From a virus (taxonomy: Duplodnaviria > Caudoviricetes): 59,836 nucleotides of DNA. The stretch lies in IMG/VR virus record IMGVR_UViG_3300021376_000060, positions 1 through 59,836 of that record, one strand, 5' to 3'. This document shows positions 9,217 to 19,494 of the stretch, piece after piece. The first letter of the stretch is position 1; each line of letters starts with the position of its first letter. The notes under the pieces are model-generated. The model did no database searches, was not told the DNA's origin, and was given only the letters and a program-made list of their open reading frames with translations. Made by a program: the position numbers and the translations under genes.

Positions 9217-10638
9217 TTACATGAGGTTCTTGATTGCAACTCTTCTATAGTAGCGGTTGCTGTTGACACGAAGACGACCAAGACCTTGATCGGTTCCTTC
9301 CGCGAATGGGTTGGCAACAATACCATAACGGGTCTTGAAGCCAATCTTGGGCTGGAAGGTGTTCTCTCCAACGGCACGTACCATCTGGAGGGGAACATAA
9401 GGACAATAGAAGAGTCCAGCGTCATAAGCCGAAGAACCCTTATAACCAACAACGTAGTATTGGTTGCTGCCCTGTGCCAGACCACCATTATCAGCGGCCA
9501 GGTTTGCTGAATAAGGATCGATATAAACACGATACTTACCGTTGATAGTACCAGCAAAAGTGTTACCGGTGTCATCAACATTCAGGTTTGCGTTCAGAGC
9601 TGGGGTGTAATCAAGAACACCAGCCATGGTCAGAGCTGAAGCTACGTCAGCTGAACACATAATGATGTTACCCTTTCCACGACGAGTTCTCTGAGCGATT
9701 CTGTTAGCATCTCTTTCGATTTGGAACAGAAGACCCTTGAACTTCTCAACAGACCAACGACCGTTGGAGTCGATGTCAAGGTCAAATACACCTTGAGTAG
9801 AAACGTTCTCAACAGCACCTTGCTCAGCGATCTTATAGATCGTTCTGATGACTTCACGGTTGATCTCAGCAAGAATCTCGCTTGACAGAATGTTAGCGAG
9901 TTCAGCTTCAGCGTTCAGACCGTGAATTGCCTTCAGGTCTTGAGCCAGTTCGAGACTGTACTCAGCCTTCAGTGCTCTTGACTTGGCGGTAACAGTGACC
10001 TTCTCGATTGAGAATGCCATCTGGTTGAACTGATCACCAGTGCCAGCTCCCAGATTTTCTGCGTCACCAGTTACCATACCCTGACCGACATCATATGCGG
10101 TTGAGGTAGCGGTTCCGACAGGGTTCAGGATTGCTGGGTTGGTTCCTGACTGTGCAGTAGTACCGAGACCAGCAACAACATCAGAGAAACCTCCAGTGAG
10201 GTTGAATCCATCATCCTGACCAGAGAATGCGGTATCAACTTCGTTATAGAATGATTCAGTTCCGCTCTGATTGTTGTAGCGAGAACGCATTGCGAAGATG
10301 AGTCCAGTAGGACCACTCATTGGTTGAACACCAGCCAAGTCATAAGCGACCAGGTTTGGCATTGAACGTCTGATCAGTGAGATCAGAACAGGATCGAAAC
10401 CTGCGGTAGGACCAGCGGCTGATGATCCACCAGTGAAACCACCGGTTCCAGCAGAGTTAGTTGGGGACTCCATCAGGTTGAAGCCGCTGCTAAATGCAGA
10501 TTCTTCTCTTAAAAACTTTTCTTGGTTTTCCAGCAGGACTGCGGTTACCGCTCTACGATGGGAATCTTTGATTGGATCAAGACCCTCATAGTTGAGGAGA
10601 GGTGCCCACTTTTCCTGCAGATGCTCGGAATGGAACAT
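9217..10638 (-). CDS. g23: Major capsid protein
   Basis: FDPVLISLIRRSMP, GVQPMSGPTGLIFAMR, SRALKAEYSLELAQDLKAIHGL, FQPKIGFKTRYG. Start moved to MFHSEHL. Confidence 0.99.
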   Translation of the reverse strand: MFHSEHLQEKWAPLLNYEGLDPIKDSHRRAVTAVLLENQEKFLREESAFSSGFNLMESPTNSAGTGGFTGGSSAAGPTAGFDPVLISLIRRSMPNLVAYDLAGVQPMSGPTGLIFAMRSRYNNQSGTESFYNEVDTAFSGQDDGFNLTGGFSDVVAGLGTTAQSGTNPAILNPVGTATSTAYDVGQGMVTGDAENLGAGTGDQFNQMAFSIEKVTVTAKSRALKAEYSLELAQDLKAIHGLNAEAELANILSSEILAEINREVIRTIYKIAEQGAVENVSTQGVFDLDIDSNGRWSVEKFKGLLFQIERDANRIAQRTRRGKGNIIMCSADVASALTMAGVLDYTPALNANLNVDDTGNTFAGTINGKYRVYIDPYSANLAADNGGLAQGSNQYYVVGYKGSSAYDAGLFYCPYVPLQMVRAVGENTFQPKIGFKTRYGIVANPFAEGTDQGLGRLRVNSNRYYRRVAIKNLM

Positions 10639-10684
10639 TTGCGTGTACCTATTGTGATTGTTTACGTTTGATTTAATGTTAAAT

Positions 10685-11749
10685 TCAGTTCTTAGCAACA
10701 GCCTGAAGAGTCTTCAGGTATGCGGCCATTGTATCCGAAACAGATTCGGATGAATGGTCTACACCCTCAGAAAGGGTTTCAGTATGTGCTTTAGGAGCTT
10801 TATTTGCTGGGAAATATGATTCCTTCAGCATCTCCAGTTTTTCACGATATTCTTCTTCACTTTCAAACTCAACACTTTCGGCAAGTGAAGCGAGCTTCTC
10901 TTTCTGAGTAGCAGCTAAGCCCTCAGAAATCTGATCGAAGATACCATCAGCAACCGACTCTGCGAGTCTTTGGTTAAGTTGGATATTCTTCTCAATCTGC
11001 TCGTTGAGTTTTGTCTCCATGTCATCAAGTTTTTCTACCATGCTCTCAAGAACATCATATTTATCTTCAGGGATTGTTACATAATGTGCTTCAAAAAGAT
11101 CCTTCATTCCTTCAAGGAAGGATTCGGTCATTTCAGTCTTAAGACCTTGCTCGACTGCCAGTTCATTTTCGGTGAACCATTCGTCGGCAACGTACTCAAG
11201 GTAAGAATCAACTCTTTCCTTAAGTGCTTCTTTGATTTCTTCGACTTCTTCTACAAGTCTTTCTTCATATTGTGATTCAAGAGCTTCTTTGATTTCTCCA
11301 ACCTTAGAGATCAGAGCTGCTTCAAAGATAGTCTTTGCTTTTTCTTTAAACTCTTCAGAGAGTTCTTCACCACCGAGAAGTGCATTAACATCTTCTTCGA
11401 TGTCATACTCTTCAGTCTCTTCTTCTACAACTTCTTCTTCAGTCTCTTCAACTTCGGCAAGAACTTCTTCATCTTCAAGTTCTTCTTCTTCCTTAACCGC
11501 CTTCATAGCATCAGATGCTTTAGCTCCCTTATTGACAACATCCTTTACTTGTGAAAGGGTCTTGCCAGGGGTTTTCAGCTTTGCCGAATCATCATCGGAT
11601 CTATAATTTTCTGGGGTAGGACCACCCAGATCTTCATATGAACCAGCAATTGAAGTATCCATTGTTTCCGCTGCTTTTGCTCCAGCATTAACGGCGGTTT
11701 TGGATTGCTTAGTGCCTACTTCCATTTCTTGTAAATCTCCACGAGACAT
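10685..11749 (-). CDS. g22: Prohead core scaffold protein
   Basis: Very acidic coiled coil with LSEEFKEKAKTIFEAAL; between g21 and g23. Confidence 0.93.
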   Translation of the reverse strand: MSRGDLQEMEVGTKQSKTAVNAGAKAAETMDTSIAGSYEDLGGPTPENYRSDDDSAKLKTPGKTLSQVKDVVNKGAKASDAMKAVKEEEELEDEEVLAEVEETEEEVVEEETEEYDIEEDVNALLGGEELSEEFKEKAKTIFEAALISKVGEIKEALESQYEERLVEEVEEIKEALKERVDSYLEYVADEWFTENELAVEQGLKTEMTESFLEGMKDLFEAHYVTIPEDKYDVLESMVEKLDDMETKLNEQIEKNIQLNQRLAESVADGIFDQISEGLAATQKEKLASLAESVEFESEEEYREKLEMLKESYFPANKAPKAHTETLSEGVDHSSESVSDTMAAYLKTLQAVAKN

Positions 11750-11782
11750 TTGAACTCTCCGTTTAACCTTAGTTATAAACTA

Positions 11783-11794
11783 TATTTATTTATA
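11783..11794 (-). promoter_or_regulatory. Late promoter for g22-g23
   Basis: Exact T4 late consensus TATAAATA at 11794-11787 with a second TAAATA overlapping. Confidence 0.75.
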
Positions 11795-11796
11795 AA

Positions 11797-12447
11797 TTAA
11801 AGATTTGTGAGAAAATCGTTGAATAAGTTCAACTTATTCTCATCCAGTCTTTTTTGGTCTACAAGAGTATTAATAGTCTTGTAAGTCTTCTCCGCATATT
11901 TTTCACGGAGAATTCCACCATCCCATACCCACTCTTTACCTTCCATAATTCCAGAGACAAAAGCATCTGGAGCTGAAGGATCTGCTACGATATCTGCTGC
12001 AGTTGCTAACATAAAGTCTTCACCTACAACGTTGATTCCCTCTCTAGTCATACGAAGAGAACCGATACCACGAGAAGAAACGCCAAGTTTTACACCTTCA
12101 GAAATTAAAGATTCTGCAATCTTACCCATAGGAGTAGAAAGAATCTTTGCTTTTCCAATGAAGTTAGATCCACTCTCTCTCAGAGAAACAATTTTATGAG
12201 AAACTCTATCCAGGTTTACGGTAGGACCATCTGGATGTCCAAGTTCTCCAAGTGCTCTACCTTGAGCAACATGATTTTCATTATAACGAGACACTTCACG
12301 ACGAAGAGTTTCCATAGGGTACATACGACCATTACGGTTCTTGATGTTTCCCTGGAGAAAAACTCCTTCGATGAAAAGTGACTTTTTACCGTTCTTGTTT
12401 TCGACGATAAATTCGACCTGTTCGATTTCTTCTCTGATGAGTTTCAT
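11797..12447 (-). CDS. g21: Prohead protease
   Basis: NRNGRMYP, ALGELGHP, GVSSRGIGS, DIVADPSAPDA. Confidence 0.97.
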   Translation of the reverse strand: MKLIREEIEQVEFIVENKNGKKSLFIEGVFLQGNIKNRNGRMYPMETLRREVSRYNENHVAQGRALGELGHPDGPTVNLDRVSHKIVSLRESGSNFIGKAKILSTPMGKIAESLISEGVKLGVSSRGIGSLRMTREGINVVGEDFMLATAADIVADPSAPDAFVSGIMEGKEWVWDGGILREKYAEKTYKTINTLVDQKRLDENKLNLFNDFLTNL

Positions 12448-12451
12448 GGCT

Positions 12452-12718
12452 TTAGTTAGTGAATCCTACTTTTGATGCTTTGATAGATGATGAAGTCCAG
12501 ATAACATCAGTTGGAAGTTTCTCAAGAAATTCGACAGAGTTTGCTGGCATAGAAAAATAATTAGTTGTGGCTGCTCCAACAATAGTTGAAACTCCAACAG
12601 TAACAATACCAGCAGTGTTATTGTGAACTCTTACACAAGTAGCACTTCCGATACTTGTAGCAGCACCAGCAGAATCACCTGTGGAAACTTCAGTCTCAAT
12701 TATCTTAGTTCTTTGCAT
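12452..12718 (-). CDS. Small beta-rich hypothetical protein, possibly virion-associated
   Basis: 88-aa ORF preceded by TAAATA (12744-12749) within the head cluster. Confidence 0.75.
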   Translation of the reverse strand: MQRTKIIETEVSTGDSAGAATSIGSATCVRVHNNTAGIVTVGVSTIVGAATTNYFSMPANSVEFLEKLPTDVIWTSSSIKASKVGFTN

Positions 12719-12746
12719 TTTTATGATAAAGTCTTATACTTTTTAT

Positions 12747-12920
12747 TTATGATTCTTCGTAGTCTTCAGTATCCTCTTCATTTCCAAATAGAGCATTTGC
12801 TGCTACTGGTTTATAATCATCAACTCTTTCTGCAGCTTTTGAGAAAAGAATGTCTTTGATTTTGTCACTGATTTGAGAAGGACTGTCATCAGATACGATC
12901 ATATCCATTAATTCATCCAT
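12747..12920 (-). CDS. Small acidic protein at the prohead-core (g67-like) position, 57 aa
   Basis: Hand translation MDELMDMIVSDDSPSQISDKIKDILFSKAAERVDDYKPVAANALFGNEEDTEDYEES; TAAATA at 12945-12950; not in the ORF track. Confidence 0.75.
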   Translation of the reverse strand: MDELMDMIVSDDSPSQISDKIKDILFSKAAERVDDYKPVAANALFGNEEDTEDYEES

Positions 12921-12950
12921 ACTTGTAAAATTAAATGTCTTTCTTATTTA

Positions 12951-14621
12951 TTAAATTTCTCCACCCTCTGGGACTTCTACTGATTTTTCTTGATCTCTTA
13001 TATCAGGTTCCATAACTGGTTGACCTAAATCCATAGCAGCTGCTCCACCTGCAGCTGCCATTGGTTGTCCAGTTTGTGGATCGATAGACATCATAGCAGG
13101 ATCAGGAATTGTTCCGTCTTCAATTTCCTTTGAAATTAATTCATTTTGTTCAATGATTTCTTGATCTGTTTGACGCAGAATCTTACGTCTTACATAATCA
13201 ACTGAGAAGTACTTACCAACATAAGGTTCTGCAGTTCCAACAAGAGCAAGTCTTTCATTCAACAACTCTGCATCTTTTAGTTCTGCAAAGTGATTATCAT
13301 AAAGGAAATCATATTGAATATGTTCATTCATAATCTCCCAATCTTCAGGAGTGATAATATTTTTGAGAATCAATTGAGTCCTCAACATATCACTGAACAT
13401 ATTTGAGAATCTCTTTCTCAAACGTCCAACAAACTTACTAAACTTAAGTTCATCTCTTAAAATTTCAGATGAACGACCAAGATTAAATCCACCTTCTCCG
13501 CCAATTCTGGTTGGAGGAACATTTAGTGACTTATAAAGCTTTTCTTGGAAATACTTAATATCTGTAATCTCTCCAAGATTTTGACCACCAGGAAGAGTAG
13601 AAATTTCAGTACCTCTACCACCTTCACGGCGAGGAAGCCAGAAATCTTCTAACATACTCATGTACTTTTTATCATCACGAATCTCTCCAGTAGATGCATC
13701 ATAAACAAGTTTGTTACGATAACGCATCATAACATCACGAAGATATTGTTCTGCTTTGATCTTAGGAAGATTACCTACATCGATGTAAAAAATTCTTCTT
13801 TCAGGTGCACGAGATAAACGATAGATAACAAGACTATCCTCAATCATTCTTAATTGATTGAGTGACTTAATTGCTTTGTGTAAGTATGAAAGAGTTGATC
13901 CCTTATTTCTATCTACAAGACCTGATGTGCAATATGTAATAGAATCTCTTGACATTTTGATTCCATTACTTGTACCAACTGCAGCTGGATTTGCTGTTGG
14001 ATATGCAGTTTTGGGACTATAAACAAAATACTCTTCTAGTTCTGGGAACTCATAATCCATAGGATTATCAGATCTTATTTTGGCAAAAGTATTTCCGTCG
14101 TCTTTTTTCTTCTTATTTTGTCTTACATAACGCATCTTAAGTGCGTCAATATACCGGAGTTCTTGAATACCTTCTTGTGGATTTTTTAAATCGATTACTT
14201 TATGATAGTAAAGACGACCATCAATGTACCAATTTCTATAGATTTCGTGAGACTTTTTATCAAAATCTAACAGTTCTAAAATATACTTAAACTCATCCCT
14301 GATTTTTTTCTTAATACCGTCACTTGCGTTCAGATTATCTAAATCAATCTGAACAGGACTATCATTCGTATCTGATACAATTGCTTCGTTTACAATATCT
14401 TCAATAGCACTATCACATTCTGGATGAAGTGCCATCTCACGATATCGTTTAATTAAATCAAACTCAGTTCTATAAACTCCCTCAATATCAACATAAGAAC
14501 CAAAAAAACCACTACTCAAGTAGTGGTCAGTCCCATCCTCATTATTGGGAGGAACAGGACTGACTGTACTCGGAGATAGTGGTTCAGTATCCTCAATAGA
14601 GAATCCAAATAATTTTGCCAT
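12951..14621 (-). CDS. g20: Portal vertex protein
   Basis: YRLSRAPERRIFYIDVGNLPK, EDFWLPRREGGRGTEISTLPGG. Confidence 0.98.
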   Translation of the reverse strand: MAKLFGFSIEDTEPLSPSTVSPVPPNNEDGTDHYLSSGFFGSYVDIEGVYRTEFDLIKRYREMALHPECDSAIEDIVNEAIVSDTNDSPVQIDLDNLNASDGIKKKIRDEFKYILELLDFDKKSHEIYRNWYIDGRLYYHKVIDLKNPQEGIQELRYIDALKMRYVRQNKKKKDDGNTFAKIRSDNPMDYEFPELEEYFVYSPKTAYPTANPAAVGTSNGIKMSRDSITYCTSGLVDRNKGSTLSYLHKAIKSLNQLRMIEDSLVIYRLSRAPERRIFYIDVGNLPKIKAEQYLRDVMMRYRNKLVYDASTGEIRDDKKYMSMLEDFWLPRREGGRGTEISTLPGGQNLGEITDIKYFQEKLYKSLNVPPTRIGGEGGFNLGRSSEILRDELKFSKFVGRLRKRFSNMFSDMLRTQLILKNIITPEDWEIMNEHIQYDFLYDNHFAELKDAELLNERLALVGTAEPYVGKYFSVDYVRRKILRQTDQEIIEQNELISKEIEDGTIPDPAMMSIDPQTGQPMAAAGGAAAMDLGQPVMEPDIRDQEKSVEVPEGGEI

Positions 14622-14648
14622 TATTAAAGTTCTTGTCTACTTATGATC

Positions 14649-14656
14649 TATTTATT
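14649..14656 (-). promoter_or_regulatory. Late promoter for g20
   Basis: Minus strand AATAAATA at the g19 stop. Confidence 0.6.
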
Positions 14657-15269
14657 ATGCTCCAGTTCCAGCTGCCTCTGGGAACCAGTACTGAACTTGG
14701 AACTCAACAGTAAACTCTTCAATAGTGTTTCCTTGGTCATAAGAAAGTCCAATCTCAGAAATACCAGTTGGGAAAATATCGATAAAACGATATTGTGCCA
14801 AAATATTGGCATTTTCTCCAGTGGTGTTATTTCCCTGAGTGTTTGATGCACTTCTGCCAAGTTGATAAACAATAGCATTTCCCATGTAATCATTAGGGTT
14901 GGTTAAACCAGAATGATCTCCATACTGAGCTACGTTTTGAACCCAAGCTTCAAACGCTCTTCTGTGTGAGAAGTTTTCATCATTAATTACCGATACTGTC
15001 CAAACGTCGATTGATCTATCACCAGCAACTTTCAATTCTCTTCCTCTAAAAGGAACGGGAATTGGAGTAACAGTTGAAGCTGGAAGTGCAGCAGTCTTAC
15101 AAAGGAAACGGAAATTTTCTTTGTCAAACTGACCGGTTCCATCACCTTGAACTGAAAGATTGACACCAGCTGGGAAAGTAACGTCAACCTCAAAAAGATT
15201 AGGACGAGCACCTCCACCAATAAGTTTTGATTTAAATTGTGAAATGCCTCTTGTTGGGATTTGTGCCAT
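14655..15269 (-). CDS. g19: Tail tube protein
   Basis: GGARPNLFEV, VPFRGRELKVAGDR, IEEFTVEFQVQYW. Confidence 0.96.
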   Translation of the reverse strand: MAQIPTRGISQFKSKLIGGGARPNLFEVDVTFPAGVNLSVQGDGTGQFDKENFRFLCKTAALPASTVTPIPVPFRGRELKVAGDRSIDVWTVSVINDENFSHRRAFEAWVQNVAQYGDHSGLTNPNDYMGNAIVYQLGRSASNTQGNNTTGENANILAQYRFIDIFPTGISEIGLSYDQGNTIEEFTVEFQVQYWFPEAAGTGA

Positions 15270-15305
15270 TTTTAGGTTCCTCCTTTAGTAATTTATAATC
15301 TAAAA

Positions 15306-17528
15306 TCAAACTCTACCAGCAACTTCTTCGAAACTTACACCAGTTCTGGTGGCAACGAAGGTAAGTGTAACGTAGTTAATAGACTTAGCTGGCTTCAGGA
15401 AGATGTCAGCTCTGAACTCATTGTTATCAATTACGTCAGGAGTGTTATTTGTTTCATCACAAATAACCAAGAATCCAAAAAGTCCTCTCTTTGCCTGAAC
15501 ATCACGGAGATATGGTTCAACAATATTGACAAAGTTTGCTCTAGTGATTTGATCATTCAGTTCGAAGAGTTGTGCTTCTGCTGACTTCTGAAGTGCTTGC
15601 TCTACTGTCAGGAACAAACGACGAACGTTAATTCTGTCGAATGCTGATGCATATCCAAGAGCTGTTTTGTCACCAAAGAGAAGAATACCAATTCCAGGTT
15701 GATTAACAATAGAGTTAATTCTTACTGGATAAAGTTGGTCTCTCTGTGCTTTATTTGGATTGTATGCAAGTTTGATCGCGTTGTTCAAAATTCCTCTTTG
15801 TTGTCCTGCTGGTGAGAACCAAGGATAAGCAAAGATCGAAGTTCTTACACACAGACCTGCAACATCAGCGTTACATGGGATGTAACGGAACTTGTTATTA
15901 AATCTGTCGTAGGTGTACTTATAACCACTATCAAAGATTGCATAGGACGAAGAAGAAAGTGGAGCAAAGAACTGAATAATGTTATTAGTTTGAGTATCGG
16001 TATTGGTGATAGGACCACCATCTCCTTGAATCAGATCTGCTCTGTGTGGAGAGATGACTGCGATACAATCTTTTCTATTATTTGCGATAGAAATCAATTG
16101 ATTTGCCTTTGCCTGGGACTCAAACTTATTGCCCATTCCAGGACCCATGATCAGGTAATCAACAGCAATTTCGTCTTTGTTGGAGAAGAGATTGTATGAA
16201 GTAAACAGATTGCCAAGAGATGCGGTCATTCCGTTTGATGCTGAATAATTAACACCTCCACCAAGAGTATAGGTAATATTGCCAAGTGAACTAAATGTTA
16301 CACCTTGAGCAAGTTGGTTCCACTGACCTGCACTTTCAGTGATCTTAGTAAATCCTGAAGAGAATCCTTCAGCAATTGGAGATGTTCCATTATATGTGTC
16401 ATTGCCTGTTGATGGATTATCTCCAACATAAACATAAGACGAGAAGAGTGCAAGATAATCTTTCCAGAAGATTCTTTGTGGTGCGTTGACTGCAGAAATT
16501 GCATCAGTTGATTTGGACAGATTCAAGTGCTTCTCTAAAAGGTTTCCTTGAATTCCAGTTACTGAACCAGTATCATCAACAACAACTACGTGCAGAGCAT
16601 CATTTTTACCCTGTCTATCAAGAACATATCCATTGCTGATTGGCTTGGGTGCAATCGAACTCCAGAAGATTGTTGTATTTGTAAGATTCAGAGTTTGTGA
16701 ACCATACCAATCTGATATTGTAGTTACTGCAGAAACAGTTCCATTACCTGTTGCAATACCTGAGTTATTGTAGAAGATAATTGAATCTGATGCTTGGAAA
16801 GCTGCGTTTGCGTTTCCTTGAGCATATGAGATAGGATACTCAGTTCCGTTATCTGTGGTTGCTGTAGAAACTCTCGACAGAACCTTAATATCAATCGTGC
16901 TGCTACCAGTTGTAGAAGCTGTAGAAACACCAGTGATAATACCCTTGATGTATCCATTAAATCCTGTGGTTGAACCAACACCAGGAATAACAGCGTTTAC
17001 AAGAGGAGTTGTTACACCGTATCCGATAACTGCACCAGCATCACCTGGATTAGTAGTTGTAATTCCAAGAGTTTGGTCTGCTTTGTCGTCAATTACACAG
17101 ATCTTGAGGTTGTTTGCCCAAGAACCTGGATTCTTTGCGACAAACACATAATCTGCAATGTCATCAGCATAGTTTGCTTGATAATCATCAAAATTTTTAA
17201 TTTTGAGTGAGGTTGTAAATGCAAAACCTACACCAGCATTTGCGTTGTTGAGGGAAGAACCATCTGTTCTTACAACCTTAAGAACACCACCATAAGAAAG
17301 GAATGATGATGCACTCATCCAATACTCGTATTGGCCATCCGTAGAGAGTGGTTTTCCAAATACGTTGATGAGTTCTTGTTCTGTGGTAATGTCAATTGGA
17401 TCGTCAACTGGACCAATTGAGAAAGGACCCGCAATTGCTCCAATATTATCTAAAACATTATCAGCTCTCCCTACAGTTAAATCAACCTCTCTGACGAGTA
17501 CGCCTGGAGATAATTGAGGAGTCGCCAT
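15306..17528 (-). CDS. g18: Contractile tail sheath protein
   Basis: LSPGVLVREVDLT, PWFSPAG, AFDRINVRRLF, FRADIFLKPAKSIN. Confidence 0.97.
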   Translation of the reverse strand: MATPQLSPGVLVREVDLTVGRADNVLDNIGAIAGPFSIGPVDDPIDITTEQELINVFGKPLSTDGQYEYWMSASSFLSYGGVLKVVRTDGSSLNNANAGVGFAFTTSLKIKNFDDYQANYADDIADYVFVAKNPGSWANNLKICVIDDKADQTLGITTTNPGDAGAVIGYGVTTPLVNAVIPGVGSTTGFNGYIKGIITGVSTASTTGSSTIDIKVLSRVSTATTDNGTEYPISYAQGNANAAFQASDSIIFYNNSGIATGNGTVSAVTTISDWYGSQTLNLTNTTIFWSSIAPKPISNGYVLDRQGKNDALHVVVVDDTGSVTGIQGNLLEKHLNLSKSTDAISAVNAPQRIFWKDYLALFSSYVYVGDNPSTGNDTYNGTSPIAEGFSSGFTKITESAGQWNQLAQGVTFSSLGNITYTLGGGVNYSASNGMTASLGNLFTSYNLFSNKDEIAVDYLIMGPGMGNKFESQAKANQLISIANNRKDCIAVISPHRADLIQGDGGPITNTDTQTNNIIQFFAPLSSSSYAIFDSGYKYTYDRFNNKFRYIPCNADVAGLCVRTSIFAYPWFSPAGQQRGILNNAIKLAYNPNKAQRDQLYPVRINSIVNQPGIGILLFGDKTALGYASAFDRINVRRLFLTVEQALQKSAEAQLFELNDQITRANFVNIVEPYLRDVQAKRGLFGFLVICDETNNTPDVIDNNEFRADIFLKPAKSINYVTLTFVATRTGVSFEEVAGRV

Positions 17529-17561
17529 GTTTTTCTCCTGATACTTCAGTTTGTCTGAAAA

Positions 17562-17569
17562 TATTTATG
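17562..17569 (-). promoter_or_regulatory. Late promoter for g18
   Basis: Minus strand CATAAATA about 34 nt upstream of the ATG. Confidence 0.65.
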
Positions 17570-17608
17570 AAAATGAACTTTTTGAATGGGGAAATAGTGT
17601 ATGAACAA

Positions 17609-17839
17609 CTACCAATCAGGATATGACCAATCTACAAAAGGATTTTTTCTTTTTCTCTCAGATATTATTCTTTTTATAGTACAATCTTTACACTCATAAG
17701 AATATGAAGATGGAACTTGGCCTCTATCTTTTCTTGTTCTATAGAATCCCTCAATGAGATTTTTTACTTCTCCACAAGATCTGCACTTTCTATCATTAAG
17801 AAGTAAATGTCCAAGTTTAATTTGACCGTCCAAGTCCAT
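17609..17839 (-). CDS. Small zinc-ribbon protein (CxxC...CxxC)
   Basis: RKCRSCGEVK...YECKDC; start at MDLDGQ, coupled to the g17 stop (TGATG). Confidence 0.75.
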   Translation of the reverse strand: MDLDGQIKLGHLLLNDRKCRSCGEVKNLIEGFYRTRKDRGQVPSSYSYECKDCTIKRIISERKRKNPFVDWSYPDW

Positions 17840-19485
17840 CAGGATAGATACTCCCACATATATGCTCTGTCACCATATTCATCAGTAAACCACCTATCTC
17901 CATCAGAATCTACAAAACTACCACTATCTGTCCCATCAACAATAAATCCAAAAGGTGCCATATCTTGCTCAATCTGATTCTTTTGTTCTTCATAGATTCT
18001 CTTACGAACATCCTGATCAGTAAGTTCTTTAAAGTAATCTTGAGCAACTAACCAAGCATAAATCACCAGACACATAGCCAGGTCATCATTGCAACCTTCT
18101 TCTGCCTCAAATGAATTATGTTTTTGAATAAAGGTTGTAAGTTCTGCAATAATTTCATAATCATTAAGAAGAAGTTTGTTTTCCTCAATCATCGTCTTGA
18201 GGTTTAAACATCCAACCTTCTTAACAGTCTTGGACATTTTAACTCCAAGTTGAGTTTTCTTTCCAGAGAACCCTTGTCCAACAATTTGTCCAGCTCTACC
18301 ACGCATCGAACACATAAGAAGATTATTGTACTCTAAGTCATAGTGAACAATACTTGCAACCTGATCTCCAACATCATTTACTTCACATAAGATGTAAGAA
18401 TCATTATAATTCTTTGCAACATCCACAATAATACTTGGGAACAACATCGGTTTAATTTCATTGTTCCGATACTTTGCAACTACTTTGTGTGGGAAAGTTG
18501 TAATGTCTATAACTGTAAAGGCAGAGTAATCGTTTCCAACTCCACGAGCAACGTCAACAGTGATTACATAATCATGATTCTCTTTTACATCCTCATAAAC
18601 ATCCAAACCAGCACTTCGTTTGAGTGGATGATCGTAAACTAAACTCTTCAGTTTGCTAGGAGCAATCAGAGTATCAACAGACCCTAAAAACTCGCATTCA
18701 AACTCAACCTTAAACTGTTGTTCGGATGTGTTTGCTATTGTTTGAGCCTTCCACACCTCATCTCTGCCAGGAACTTCACTCCAGTGAACGTCAGTTGGGA
18801 TATATTCGTTCTTCTTCTTTTCCGCATCGTGCCACATACGGTAGAAGTGATTCATACCGTGTGGTGTAGAAACGATAATTACTTTCGTGCTCTTACCAGA
18901 AGTAATAGTAGGATAAACAGATGCAAAGAAGGAATCTGCGATATGGTTTGGAACGAACGCAAATTCGTCAAGGAACAAGATATTGAATGACATGCCTCGG
19001 ACAGCACTTGCAGACGTAGAAGCCGCCAAAATCTTTGATCCATTCTCTAATTCTAAAGAACCCTTATTCCATGATATAATACCTTGTTGCATCCACTTGG
19101 GAAGGTTCTCATATGCAGTTTGTAACCTATCCAGGAGTTCCCTTGCAGTTGCTGCTTTGTTTGCAAGGATACCTATGTTCACATTATCATTAAAGACGGC
19201 ATAATGGAGCAGAAAGGACACTACAGTGGTTGATTTACCCGTCTGTCGTGGCATCTTACAGATATTAAATCTGTGATTGTGAAAATTATTGACTAACTTC
19301 TCCTGAAAGGGATACATCTGAAAAGGTTGTAGTCCCTTATCCAGTGTCACAATCTTCACATAGTTCTTTGCAAAGTAAACCGGATCTTCTTTACACTGTA
19401 CAAACTCAAGAATCTGATCTTGAGTAAACTCGATTGGTGTATTAGCCTTCTTAAGAAGTGGATTGCCAAGATATACATCACTCAT
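17839..19485 (-). CDS. g17: Terminase large subunit
   Basis: PRQTGKST Walker A, LFLDEFAF Walker B, VDVARG and NDDLAM nuclease motifs. Confidence 0.98.
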   Translation of the reverse strand: MSDVYLGNPLLKKANTPIEFTQDQILEFVQCKEDPVYFAKNYVKIVTLDKGLQPFQMYPFQEKLVNNFHNHRFNICKMPRQTGKSTTVVSFLLHYAVFNDNVNIGILANKAATARELLDRLQTAYENLPKWMQQGIISWNKGSLELENGSKILAASTSASAVRGMSFNILFLDEFAFVPNHIADSFFASVYPTITSGKSTKVIIVSTPHGMNHFYRMWHDAEKKKNEYIPTDVHWSEVPGRDEVWKAQTIANTSEQQFKVEFECEFLGSVDTLIAPSKLKSLVYDHPLKRSAGLDVYEDVKENHDYVITVDVARGVGNDYSAFTVIDITTFPHKVVAKYRNNEIKPMLFPSIIVDVAKNYNDSYILCEVNDVGDQVASIVHYDLEYNNLLMCSMRGRAGQIVGQGFSGKKTQLGVKMSKTVKKVGCLNLKTMIEENKLLLNDYEIIAELTTFIQKHNSFEAEEGCNDDLAMCLVIYAWLVAQDYFKELTDQDVRKRIYEEQKNQIEQDMAPFGFIVDGTDSGSFVDSDGDRWFTDEYGDRAYMWEYLS

Positions 19486-19494
19486 AAAATGTTT

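Noticed and set aside
9159-10316. Alternative-frame minus-strand ORFs inside g23
   Set aside because: Fully nested in the capsid gene, no recognisable features; one runs through the terminator.
10639-10698. 20-aa N-terminal extension of g23 in the ORF track
   Set aside because: Overlaps g22; MFHSEHLQEKW at 10638 matches the usual gp23 start.
14648-15220. Small minus-strand ORFs overlapping g19
   Set aside because: Out-of-frame shadows within the tail tube gene.
9217-19485. Introns or inteins in g17, g20 or g23
   Set aside because: Frames are continuous, lengths are ordinary and no splicing motifs were seen.
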